A DNA stretch of 64,000 bases from the NCBI GenBank assembly GCA_965113315.1, contig OZ220366.1. One strand, written 5' to 3'. The position numbers were made by a program, and so were the translations under genes. This document shows, piece after piece, positions 51,273-63,810 of the stretch. The notes beneath the pieces are model-generated. The model worked only from the letters and a program-made list of their open reading frames with translations. It had not been told where the DNA came from and did not search any database. How positions within the stretch are numbered: position 1 is the first letter of the stretch; each line of letters begins with the position of its first letter. The DNA comes from Podarcis vaucheri. Lineage: Eukaryota.

Positions 51273-52703
51273 GTAAGTTTGCATGGAACAGCTCAGTGCA
51301 TTAAATAATTACTTACAGGTCAACGAAATGAGGCTGCAGTAAAAAAGAAAAAAAGAAAAAAGCCAAAGCTGACCTGCTTTTGATTCTTTGGGTTCCAAAA
51401 ATCTAGAAGTCTCTGCAGTTGAGAATATCTGCTTATTCTCTTCAACACCACCATTAATTTTTATTATGCCAATTAGCAAATTTTTTGAGCATATGTTCAT
51501 TTGCTCTGTAGAACTGTTCATAGCTTCTACCTTTTAAAAATTTCTGTATTTTGTTGTGTTTGAAGAAAATTGCATCCAGTCCGGGTTAAGATAACAAGTA
51601 TTTCTCTACGTAGCAGAACTGTTCAAGAGCGCTTTATGTTATTATACATCGTATTCTTAAAAGTTGTACATTTTTCACATATCCCAAAAAAGCTAACATG
51701 ATTGCTGCAAGAGGACGATAATGTGTTACATGCTGTGAGACACAAAAAGCGGAACTTGTTAGTTTGAAGGAGCCTCGGTTATGGTGCATGACAAGCATAC
51801 TGGCATGCTAATGGATTCCTCATTCTATTCCTCTGTTGATGACTATATTTAGCTCACCATTCTCCTTAAAATGTTTTATTTGGACTCCTTCCCATATACA
51901 CAATCAAGATTAAAATTACAATCCACTTCTGACTATCTCTTCTGTCAGTTTCAGGCATGCTTATATGAAACTGCCTAATATTGTTAGGTCATCAGTAACC
52001 CTAGGCAACGTTGTGTACTCTAGCTGTGGGCCTCTCCAAATCAGAGATGATTTCAAGCCCTGTAACTTCTCTCATTTTCACTAATAATTGCGGCAACTTC
52101 AGACCTTCTGCATGCATTGTATATGCTCCAGCACTAAACCGTGTCCTCTCATCTATAGCCAATCACTTGATGGTCTTCTATCATTTAACTCTGTGCTTTC
52201 TGTCATCCATTCCTGATGCCTCAAATGGCATAGTTCTCTATTTGCCGGGCATCCTCCTTCTTCAGGATCGCCTTATCAGGACTACCCTAGCTTCACTTTG
52301 TATGCTGCTCCTCTTTCATCTGACCCTCCTCAATCAATTCAGATACTAGTCCTCAACCACTTTCCCATCACCATCAATTACAAATTGCAAAAGCATAAGA
52401 AGGGTTCATTTAAATGTGTTCTCTACTATGCTGTGTATACTGTTGCTGCTCATTTAGTGTTCAACAGTAGTATCTTTTCTGAATAAAATTAAATACACAT
52501 GATTAAGAGATGAGTATATTTAACTCTGCCTCAGTTTTAGCATTAGTGCATATAGATGCTGTTGTAAAATCCAGCGTTTATGTCATGATAGGGTAACATA
52601 TTATGGCAGATCTCAGGCACTAGGATACAATATTTTTTTTCATTGTTGCTTTAAGAATTTCATTAAGATTGATATTCCAATGCTATTTCTTAAACCTTTT
52701 TAG

Positions 52704-52834
52704 TTTGCTGTGTTGCTGTGCGAAACTGTTTGGAATGTCGACAGAGACAGAGAGAAAGGGTAAATAAATCTTCACTAATCAGCAGTAAAACTCAGGAGAC
52801 TCTTCAGGGTATAAGTGCAACTACTACTGCTAAG
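52704..52834 (+). CDS. NBEA: NBEA coding exon (131 nt, phase 1-0)
   Basis: tttttag|TT...AAG|gtaagc; (V)CCVAVRNCLECRQRQRERVNKSSLISSKTQETLQGISATTTAK. Confidence 0.96.
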
Positions 52835-53543
52835 GTAAGCTATTGAAATAATAGATACCATTGCATAAAATGAATGAATTGGAAATAATTACAATGTGTC
52901 ATATAATATTTTAAATTGGTTATGATGATTTGTCACTTTGGTAAAACAGAAGTTACTCCCTTCTATAAATCCAGAGGGGGCAGACTTTACAACAGAAAAG
53001 CACTTTTTCCTGGTCAGGAGACAAGAACAGTCTTCTGATTTTCCCAGGGGAAAGTTCTGCTTAGCCTTATTACCATGGCTGTTCTGAACTATTATATGCG
53101 CCTAGTTGTTTTTTTCTTGGAGTCTGTAAGCAGGGTATTGGTAGAGATGATAAAGTGGCAGAGAAAGTTAAAGATCATATATGAAGTTTTCTTTTTAAGT
53201 TAAAATCTTCAGGTGGATGCCACTGTTCTTTGTAGTCTCTACTTGTATTGGTGAGAAATTTGTGTTTGTTTAAGCAGTTTCATTTGAGTAACCTTATACA
53301 AAGCAGGTGAATCACTTAAATAGTAGAGCTTTGAGAAGTGTACCTGGTATGTAAGTGAGACACTTTAAAGGTTTTTTGACATTAAAGGTCCCTTTCTGTG
53401 TTTTAGAGAACTTCATAAAGCTTACAATACCATACTTTATCTATGAAACAAGATGATACATACAAAGACACACATACATGTAGGAACAGCTGAGTATTTT
53501 GAGCTTGAACCTTTCTGAAACTATATAACTATTGTGTGTTTAG

Positions 53544-53651
53544 ACTCCACTGGAAAATGTTCCTGGTAACCTATCACCTATTAAAGATCCCGATAGACTT
53601 CTTCAAGATGTAGATATTAATCGTCTGCGAGCAGTTGTATTTCGTGATGTG
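53544..53651 (+). CDS. NBEA: NBEA coding exon (108 nt, phase 0-0)
   Basis: gtttag|ACT...GTG|gtgagt; [36 protein letters not shown]. Confidence 0.97.
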
Positions 53652-54628
53652 GTGAGTACTATCATTGGCAGCTTTTCTTAAAGGATTTCTTGCCTGTGTA
53701 ATGTCCATGGGAGAGAAACAAAGGTATTTGTAAATCTACGCTATGCATTTCCCCCCCTCAAAATAGTAATTATGCATGTATATGTGGAACATCTTTCTTT
53801 AATAAATTATTTTTATACTGGGAGCTGTTATCTAATCCCCTAAGTAAAGATGACTTTATCCACTTTTTGAAATTTAACATCCTTGGTGACTTGATCAGAT
53901 TTAGCAAGATCAGGAACCTTGCAGGGACAGGTTATTTTTAGAATTGTAAGAGACTCTTTTATCTTAAAACAGTACTTTATTCAGTAAAAGGTATTCCCTT
54001 GAATTGTTAAACTGTATCATGGAGCTGATTTAAAGTTTAAAACTTAAGCTGAGCTAAAGGTTGTACCTTGAAAATTTGGGGCTTAAAATTACATATTGAG
54101 GATGGGGAAAGGTTCAGAGGGAAATAGTTAGGAAAGGGGTTTTTTTTTTGCAGACAGGGGCTCACTGCTTTGAAGCAGTTCCACGCTCTTTTTAATTTGC
54201 TGCTTCAAGCACTGGTGGACCTCCTCTTGGTGGCCACCATGACGTAGTGTTGTTCTGAGGGGATATTGTTGAAGGAAAAAAAGGGTGGCAGGCAGCTTCC
54301 GAGATGGGCTCAGCTGACACTTGCCTAAACCCTCACTGGTAACTGACAAGCCAGTGAATTGCGCACTCCCAGTTTCCAAAACAGCTCTTCCAAATTCGCA
54401 GCTTGTGAATTGGGGTCATTTTTAATCAGGCCTAAAACAAAACCTCCACTAGAAACTACTGTAGAAACCACATTTATGTATACACGCTTCCTGCTGAGAT
54501 GTGTATGTCTCTTTATTTCTTTATTATGAATGCCTGTTGGTATATATCTTTATATCTCTGTATATCCAGTCACAAATTCCCAGTGAGATGAAAATGTGAA
54601 ATCGTCCTTAGGCAATTATAGTTCTTTG

Positions 54629-54951
54629 TAGGGGCAACAGCTCAAGGGGGCTGAGCACTTTTGCCCCCCTATTTTTTTGAGATAGGGTCACCCCCCCATG
54701 TCCCCAAAAATTGGGGTGGTGTAGAGTGAGTGTGGAACCAAGTGCGGCACTGCTTCAATGGACAACTCCTCCTCCTCCTCCTGCCATGGAGGGGAAGGAG
54801 AGTCGAAGCAGCCTCATGGCAGTGGCAGGAGACGTAAGAGCCGCCGGCCACTGAAGTCACATTGCCACTGAATTCAGTTCTGCCCCTGGCTCCTCCCAAC
54901 TTCCTGACATTGTGTCAGACCCCCAATTTCCCTTGCAAGCTAGTGCCTCTG
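54629..54951. mobile_element. hAT-like MITE
   Basis: TAGGGGCAACAGCT...AGCTAGTGCCTCTG termini; flanks gttctttg / ggtctttg. Confidence 0.6.
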
Positions 54952-55043
54952 GTCTTTGGCAGTACAGTTTGCAGTCTAGAAACATTTGTTAAGTGTGACA
55001 GGACATTTTGAGTATTTTAATTGTATTTATGATTTTTCTGCAG

Positions 55044-55212
55044 GATGATAGCAAGCAGGCTCAGTTTTTAGCTTTGGCTGTTGTTTACTTCATTTCTGTG
55101 TTGATGGTCTCCAAGTATCGGGACATACTCGAACCTCAACGAGAAACTGCAAGGTCTGGAATCCAGGCAGGTAGAAATATCAGGCAGGAAATAAATTCAC
55201 CAACAAGTACAG
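55044..55212 (+). CDS. NBEA: NBEA coding exon (169 nt, phase 0-1)
   Basis: ctgcag|GAT...ACA G|gtacca; [56 protein letters not shown]. Confidence 0.96.
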
Positions 55213-57771
55213 GTACCACTGTTTTTCTGTTTATGTTGCATAATTTTTTAGACAATGGATACTTGACTATAGAGAAAAAAAGTTCAAATGATACCTATTA
55301 ACCTTATTCAGTTTCTGATGGGTCTTGTTTTCTTTAAGTTGTTTTGGGAATATTTCTGCTTTCTTGGTCTGGTTTGTCATTCCTAGCATTGCTTGGCCAT
55401 TGTCTTGGACTATAGGAGACAGGCTGTCAAAAGTTCTGTTATCTTCCGATATGGTACCTCTCAGTAGTATACATTTAATCAATTGCTCCTCTGCAATGGA
55501 GCTAGAGACAAATATTTTTTTAAAATGTTAATTTAATTTATATTTAACTTGTCATGTGGTTTTAATTAAGCTCACAATTGATGTGATTTTTCTCAGCCCC
55601 CCCCCCCCACTTTGTGCCACATTAGGGGCTGGGTATTTTTGCATGAAAGGCATCATAGCTCAGCAGTGCAGAAGATCAATTCCCGACTCACCACTCAAAA
55701 AAAGAAAAAAAGGATAGTGTAGCAGGCTATGGGAAGTACCCCTGCCTAAAACCAGGAGAGTTTCTGCCTGTTCGGCTAGACAGTACTGGACTGGGTGGAC
55801 AGATAATACCACCTGATATAAGGCATTTTACGTGCACTGATGATTAATGTGAGACTTACCCATCCTTTTTTACCAGTGATGGAAAATTGGAGTGCATCAG
55901 TGCATTTATGTTGAATGGATTTTGAAAGGAAGACCAACATTTGATGGCAGTGGTGTCCAACATAGCATATCAAAATCCTTAGTTTTAATTCAGTACCAGC
56001 TCCAAAAAGCTTTTAAAGAAGTGAAGTATCTTCATGGTCCTCTGTCTTTCTGTGGCAGTCTGTGCCCTATAAGATGAGATTGGGTCAAACTATCCTAGGA
56101 GTGACTTTCAGTTTTTTGGAGGAGAAACAGTGTGTATGTATCTATATCTACATAGCTATCTACAGTTTCTATCATCTATCTATCATCTATTAACTACATA
56201 TAAGGTTAACTTTTATTTGTTTACTTTTATGCATTCATTTTTTCAGTTTTGCATAACTTCAAAAGAGAATCCTCTTCAGAGTGCATGTCTTGCAAAATAT
56301 TCAATATACTGAAAACAGCTTCTATAGGTTATAAAATGGTTTTTTAAAAATTAATATTTTTAAAGTAAGGCCAATACAGGTGCATACTTAGTTTGTCTGT
56401 GGTCTAAAATGCTTCTTAAAAGTTATTTATTGTTTCGGCCAATCCGGAGAATCCTGCTTTTTATGATTGAGTAGACAAGCCTATGAAATCTTATATCGAA
56501 TAGTTAGGTTTTATTCCTGTTTTGCTCCTTGGGTATTTGCAGTTCCTCATTTTAACACATTTATTTTGCACAGACAAAATTAGTAGTTAACATGGTTATC
56601 AATTTCCCAAGTTAAGCTAATTCTTCAGCTGGATTTTTATCAGTTGAAGAAGCTGTCAGGAGTTTTCATTTATCAGCTGAAGAAGCTGTCATTGAGATTG
56701 TTTCTGCATCGCATACCTTATTAATCTGAGAACCATGGGCCATATTCAGTTACTCAGTTCCATAAGCAGAACCCAGGGCAAGACCTTCCACTAGTTCAGC
56801 AGAGCCTTCTTCCTTTTCCTACTCCCCGCATGCCCTCTGTGCCGCCCCCAAATTTGCTTTGCAGTGTTGGGAGAACCCCCAGCAGAACACACAAGGAAAT
56901 TGTTCCATAGGGCAAGCAGAAATGCTTGTGCTGATGGAGTGATCTCCTTAGCACTACATTGAATCCCACCCCATGTTTTTTAAGTTCCACTGCATTGGTT
57001 CATGGTTGTGCCATATGTATCCATATGCTTTCTTCTTCCAAATGAAAGTTGTTTAGAACTCAGTATTACACACACACATACACACACATATAAACCTGTT
57101 CCTATATATTTATTTTCAGCTGTATTTTTTGGCTTACTAATCTTTGATACTGTTTACATCATGAAGACCTTGCATCTTACAGTAAAATTAGTAAAATATT
57201 CATATACAGTAAAACCAAATTTGATGCTGTTACCTTTATTCAAAGCAAACCCATGTTATTAACTGTTATAGGATAGTTTACTGGGTACTCTAAAATATTC
57301 CTGCATTAAAGTATTTTGCTATAAACATGTTCTTAAGTGTACACCCTAATTTTTAGGGTTCTTCCCTGTTTCTAGAAATATTCTAATAGTTCGAGTAAAT
57401 TTCTTTGATTAAATCTACACAAATTTATTACTTAAAAAAAGATTATGGGGGGGAGGCATGGTTCACTTGTGATAGATGACACGCACATGTTGTAGGAGAC
57501 ACCATTCTAGAAAATATATTCCCTTGTGTGAGGAAGAAGAAAGAATGCCTAAAATGGTGCCATGCCACCTACAGTATTTGTATTTGAAACTTGTATTTTG
57601 AAAAATCCAAACACTTTAATTTATTATGATATTTTAATTGATTGATCTGACCAATTAATCAACTAAATAATGTAGCCATGCTGATTTTGTGTTTATATTT
57701 TGTGTGTTTCCGCATTTGTGTATTATGCTGTGATGCTGGAGTAGGAAACTGCTGGTTTCACTATTCCGGCC

Positions 57772-57838
57772 ATGCCTGTCTTGTCTATGTATACCTGTCT
57801 TTTCTATAAATGTTGTTTTTATGACGCGTTATTTAAAG
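57772..57838 (+). CDS. Candidate alternative first coding exon of a short NBEA isoform (MPVLSMYTCLFYKCCFYDALFK, phase 1)
   Basis: ccggccATG, open frame to donor AAG|GTATGT, and phase matches the acceptor at 58001. No transcript evidence is available. Confidence 0.4.
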
Positions 57839-58000
57839 GTATGTTCTTTTCCTATCTCTTGATTTCTCCCTGAGAAACACGTTGTTAGTGCCATGTTTGC
57901 ATGTTTCAGTGAGATAGGACTTGTGTCATGGATCCACAGTGGACCAAGCCACAGGCGATAAGCAGCTGGCTCACAATTGACTCCATGATTTTCTCCACAG

Positions 58001-58096
58001 TTGTGGTCATACCATCTATCCCACACCCAGGTTTGAACCATGGATTCCTTGCCAAGTTAATTCCTGAGCAGAGCTTTACCCACTCATTTTACAAAG
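58001..58096 (+). CDS. NBEA: NBEA coding exon (96 nt, symmetric phase 1-1, probable cassette exon)
   Basis: ctccacag|TT...AAA G|gtaata; (V)VVIPSIPHPGLNHGFLAKLIPEQSFTHSFYK. Confidence 0.95.
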
Positions 58097-58601
58097 GTAA
58101 TATTAACACAACCTCCTAACTTGTTTGGGTGTACTTGTTTCATTTCATGTAATTCAAAATCTAACTATAACATAGCTGTTTGGTAAATAAGAATACACTT
58201 TGGGTTACACACAGATACAATTTCCTGCAAGGAAAATCCTCTGCCCAGCTATGTCTAGATTTTGAGGTACCTTGTTAATGGAGAGAGTTGCTGTAGATAA
58301 AAGTATAATTCTGCACTATGATATATACAAGGCACAAGGTATTTTCATTAAATTCCTTTTCTTCTTATTTAGCAATATGTTTTAAACCTTTGAAAAATAA
58401 TACTAAAAAAGATAAGGAATATATCTAACACCATATTCTTGAAGTAGTATGTTTTAATATTGTTTAGCTGTGCATTTATTTCAGTCTTTAATATAGACAT
58501 TTTTATTTTGGATTATAGCATCCAGTTGTTTTAATCCCAATGAGGAGGACTATGCGACTGGAGATAGCAGTAAGAGCTAAACTTCTGATATCACCAGGGG
58601 G

Positions 58602-58606
<5 letters not shown>

Positions 58607-58644
<38 letters not shown>

Positions 58645-58653
58645 CACACACAC
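58607..58653. repeat. (AC)n microsatellite
   Basis: Direct reading. Confidence 0.95.
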
Positions 58654-58809
58654 AACCATCTTGCTCTCTTACAGCAGGAAAGGACAGTATTCACAGCTTT
58701 CTTCTTCTGTATATCACAGTATATTTAGCTTCCACCACCTGATCAGGCAGCATGGTGCACCTATGTAATAGCACAGTTCTCCCCTTTGAACATGTACAAT
58801 GCTTAGTGC

Positions 58810-58811
<2 letters not shown>

Positions 58812-58850
<39 letters not shown>
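58812..58850. repeat. (TTA)13 microsatellite, probably the tail of an antisense retroelement
   Basis: Direct reading. Confidence 0.95.
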
Positions 58851-58851
<1 letters not shown>

Positions 58852-58939
58852 ATGTGTATATCACCCCTCATCCAAAGATCATGGGGTGGTTCACAACAAA
58901 AAAAATGAGAACACAATATAATGCTAAAACAAAAACAAA

Positions 58940-59235
58940 CCTTAAGCTCTGCAATATGCCATGGAGCCAAACGGACTCCAGGAAGTGCGAGAGGGCACTC
59001 AGGGGCAATTGTTTCAACAGCCTGAGCCATTCTGATATTCCAGAGTTTGGCCAGGGCTTTGACAGAACCAGTTCTATCAGCTAGAAAATCCCCCAGAGCT
59101 GTCTGGAAATTCACTAGATCCATTAGCCTCTGAGGGTGGAGCATTTTAATAGGTTCCCTGCCGCTGCAGAGGGGGGAAAGGTGCTGAAAGCCTAAATCTG
59201 AACAGGAAGTGATCTGACCATGACAAGAGAAAAGG
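58940..59235 (-). mobile_element. Degraded L2 LINE fragment
   Basis: EPIKMLHPQRLMDLVNFQTALGDF...WN..MAQAVETIAPECPL...APW. Confidence 0.7.
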
Positions 59236-60349
59236 TCTGCAAGGCAGAGAGCAGGTACTCCAAGACTCACAGCAAAGATGGTTTACTTTTTTAATTTAAG
59301 AGACTCTCTGCAGTCAACTGAAAAGCCCCATTTTAAACCTTTCAAGAAGCTAAACTCAAAAAATAAACAGCGAGAAAGAGATGACAAATTAATACAAGAA
59401 ATTATTACTCCTGCAAAGGCTTATATTGACTCTGTATCTGACATGATAACAGAAAAGGTCAAAGACTAAGATGAGATGAAGTTGACCCACAAGCTAGGAA
59501 GCAGTAGCAGCTCTCTGCACCTATGCAAGAGATAGAAATACTCATTCATAGAGGGAAATCAGGCTGCAATACATATCTAGTAGCAAGGGGCAAAGGAAAG
59601 GGAGAGGTGTTTGGGTAAGAACATTTCCTGTCACAGGAAGTACTGTTTTAAAAAATTGGATACCATTTCAGGAACTTCCAGAACCTTGTGTTTTTATTTT
59701 AAAAAGAATTGACCAGTAGGTTACATTTCAGGTCATTAATTCATTTTGGTAGACAAGCTTATGGATAGTCTACAATTATTAAGATGATAGTGTTTCAATT
59801 AGATCCCAACAGGCAAATATTGCCATAGATATGTGAGGCGCTCTAGATTGCAAGCCTGCTACCCTGATAGCTATGTGATATTGCAGTGCCTGAGAAATGG
59901 TGTAGTTCAGTGATGAATCAAATATTTTACATGCAGAAGGACATAGCTTCAATCCCTTAATCCCTTTATCCTTTCAGATAAAAGGGGCTCAGGTAGCTGG
60001 GAAAGACATAAGTCAGAGACATTAGAGAGTGGTTGATGGACAGAATACGAAGATATTGGCAGACCAGTAGTTTGATCTGCTGTAAAGCAGTTCCTTATTT
60101 TAATAAATTTGTTTCCCTTCCCTATAATCAGTTTTGGATATTGACAAATAAGGTTTTCCAGCAAAAAGTCTACAAGTAAAGTGTGTGAAGTACCCTAATC
60201 TGGTGGGATCACAATTAAAACATTTGCAAATCAACATCTTGAATATGATTTAGAGACCTAGATAGAAAGTATTTTCCTTTTTCCATAGCAGTGTGTGTGC
60301 ATAAAATTTCATGTGTGTGGTTAGGAAAAAAAGATAGTGAAAAATAACT

Positions 60350-60720
60350 GTTCCAAGAGGCCATCCAATAGAATGTCTGCTGGTCTTTCAAATATTTGGG
60401 GCTGTAAGCACTGAAGTGAGCACCTTGAATTGGGTTCAGAAACATGCATGCAACTGTTTTAGAACAGGAGTTATATATATATATATGAGTTCTAAAGGCA
60501 ACTCCAGCCAGTTGCCTTTGAACCAGTTTCTGAGTCATTTTCAAGAATAGCCCCACATAGAGCACATTGCAATAATCCAATCTGGAAGTTACCAGAGCAT
60601 GGAGTACTGTGGCCAAATCATCTCTGCCCAAAGGGTGGCGTACCTGACAATAGTCTGAAGTGCCTCTGTAATGCTTTCCTCCTACCTCTGCAGGTAAGAA
60701 TGGCCCCACTAAATGAAAAC
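60350..60720 (-). mobile_element. Degraded L2 LINE fragment
   Basis: DLATVLHALVTSRLDYCNVLYVGLFLKMTQKLVQ. Confidence 0.8.
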
Positions 60721-63479
60721 TTCAGAAGTGAAGGTATGATCATTCTGACCAAGAAGACCATAGCAGTTGTTGGAAATTAAGTATACTTAGTTAAACAGCC
60801 ACGACACTGGAGATTCTTTCTCTATTCCTGAATACACTTCAATAATTATTGAAGAAATAAAAAAAAAACCAAAAACATAAGGCTTGCAAAAAGCTCTGTA
60901 CAGCACTTCCCAAGCTTATCACAATCGCCTGGTTGTTGAGTTTCAGAAACACTGCACAAAGGACTTTGCAACCACTATTAATCGGCAAAGCACTGCCCCA
61001 TATGTAATGTGAAATGTAGGCCAACTGAGTGTGACTGAAACAGGTCTATGGGCCAAATGGAGGTCCAGATTTGCCCTGGGACCAGAGGTCAAATAACAAT
61101 CTGATGGATTCACTTACCTTCCTAGGATGCAAAAACAAGAAGATTAACAGAAGGAATGTTTCCAAAATGACACCATCTATTTACAATATCCCAAATATGG
61201 TTAAGAGGTTATTTGGAGACCAGGGTTGCAGTACTTCATCCATATGAAACAATAAAGTTTTGGATCTAAATTAGCTAATGCAGTGTTTCGCAAAGTTGGG
61301 TGCCCCCATTATTAAAAATTGTGGGACTTGGTAGACCACTTAAGTTTTTGCTTTGCTTTGTTCTCTGTTGTATAACAAATACTTGGTTAACTTTTGGATT
61401 AAATATAAAGAAAAATAAAATAACATGTGCCTGCATCCTCATCAAAACCATATTATCAAAATCACAGGCCCTAGACTGAGGGCCAAGTTGAGATAATCTT
61501 GACAGCTCCACATGCTATCCATGTACCTTATGAATAGAGCATACAGACAGCTAGCGGTCCATGTAGATCAGTTTGAGGACATCTGACCTAGTGGATTACT
61601 ACTAAGTGTAAGCAGCTACATTAGTTAATGAATTAAGTAGTGTGTAGAATCTTAGATTAGATGGCTGATCATGGATAATCAAAGTCAGTAAAGGCTGGTC
61701 TTGCTGCTTTTGGGAATTGTTCTTTCTTAAATGAGGGCAGCTTTCCATTACCCTTAATGGAGACAGCAGTTAGATCCCTTTTAAAATCATTTGTATCAAT
61801 AAATATCCCAGGTAGTGAACAAAAACCCAAGATTAAAACATGTCAAACCACCAAATATATTGCAAAATTAAGGATAAATCTCAGGCATTAAAAAGTACAT
61901 AAACAGCAGCAAAATAATTTATACCATTGATTTGCAGCAGATTTGCTACATATCCAGCTGCACATATTGGCATTGTTTTATCTCCCATGCTGTGATTTTA
62001 TGATGTGGTTACTGTATAAGTGCAGCTATTCTTGGATGACTCGTCATTTTTAAGCAGTGCCAATCTGACTTCTTTGCTGCTTTGGGGACAGAAATTTCTT
62101 TAGCAGCCTTGCTGGACATTGTATGCCTAGGAATTAATTTAGAAGATTTGACCCCATTGATCTTCATGGACTTCTTAGTGGCTTTCCACAAAGTAGCCTG
62201 CCAACTTCTGCTACTTCTGCTGCAGAACTTGGTAGGAATATGAAGGACAGCACTTGTTAAAATCTTTTTTGATAGACCCTTACAAGAGTTGTTAGTTTCA
62301 TGGGCAGAAAAATGCTTTGGGTCTGGATTTCCTAATTATCAGTCATTGCCTACCACTGGATTAACCATTATTCTTGCATGGGCTAAGCAATCAGTCAATA
62401 AGGTTTATTGTTGCTAAATTAGGAATTTGCACTGGTTCCAGAATGAGTCTCTGTGCTATTTAATTTCATTTTAACCTAGTTGACTGTAACTTTAATAGCC
62501 AATGCTGCACCTGCTACTACAACTTTAATTTTATTTACCTGAAAGTTAGTTCAATTGGACACACTGGAACTTTCTTCCAGAAAAAAAATATGTTTAGGCT
62601 TGGCCTGCCGGAGTGCCTATTGTGGTCCTTCTGTGATGGTATGACCTTAACAGCAGAAGTGTGAGTCAGGCTAATTCCCTGTTCTAGTTATAAGACTAAT
62701 AGTAATATACTATCAAAACCCTCATTAAATGTTTGCCATTATCATTCTTCTATTGTTGTGTTGTCATTGTGAATGTTCTGGTGAATTTGACGTTGATTTC
62801 ACTTAGAACTTGTTTTTGTGTGTGATGATTGAAATAAACTCATCCTTGTAATCTTGCACTCCCATCTTTTGGTCAATGCTCATAACTCCTTAATAAGACA
62901 TATAATTTTTATAGAAGATTCTAAGGAAAGCTTTAATTGAAAATGTATTTTAAGTGACTAAACTATAAAAGTTTGAAATTGCTATGCAGTTGCTATTGCA
63001 ACCTACTTTACTATTTTTGCGTGCTAAGCAATAGGGATGCATTTCTTACTACTCACCCCCCAAACAGTGATGCCTTGCATGCATTCCAGTTGAGGCTTGG
63101 AAAGCCTTAAACTTTATTTATTTGATTTGAGTTCTCAGAGCAATTTTGGAGTGAGCTCACAAAGGAACATTCACTGTTGCCTCTGCCTTTTCCTGCCCAA
63201 GGCCTAAATACTTGCTTTGGAGCAGAGGCACTATTGTGTCCTACAACTGCATATTTTCCTACCAGACTGAACTAGCTCTACTAGAAACATGCTACAAATA
63301 TCATTTCCACCAGGGATGGACTTTTTGGGTGGACTTTTTATTCAGTAGGCTTGAGAAAAACCCTTCCAGGATCCTCTCCTTAACAGTAATTCCAGCAGGA
63401 AAAGACACTCTTGTTGGGACCTAGAGGATGCTTACCACATCCTGCCAATGATTAAGATAATTTCTGGTCATTGGGATAG

Positions 63480-63810
63480 AGAAAATGGGAGGCAGCTCAT
63501 AGGATCAAGGTGAACATGGCCCTGCTTGAAGCAGTCTGGAAGTAGGGCTGTGCTTATCTTAATTCGGGTTGCAAGCATTCAAGCTGGGATATGATCCTGT
63601 CTTCTGCTGGCATAGATTTTCTGGGGAGGCCAGATTGATGCTAGGGCACTTGTTGATATGACAGGGGTCACATCCTGAAGAGCAGGAACAAGGCAAGGCG
63701 GTAGTTTAGTCAAGTCTTCTGTTGCAGTCCTACCCAATAGTCTAATAATCCAGTTGAATCCAGTGGTCAACGCTGCCAGATCCAAACTAGAGTGGCAGGG
63801 TGGATGACAG
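63480..63810 (-). mobile_element. Degraded L2 LINE fragment
   Basis: Decayed RT-upstream segment (...IIRLLGRT...PPCL...TPVISTSALASI...) and cttccagactgcttcaagcagg. Confidence 0.5.

Larger units (their letters stand above)
1600..58096 (+). other. NBEA: Neurobeachin gene, internal portion (25 coding exons; 5' and 3' ends outside the window)
   Basis: Spliced translation is continuous and matches vertebrate neurobeachin as I recall it, including the NBEA-type 1017-nt AKAP exon and GSK microexon, which favour NBEA over LRBA. All introns are GT-AG and phase-consistent. Confidence 0.98.
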
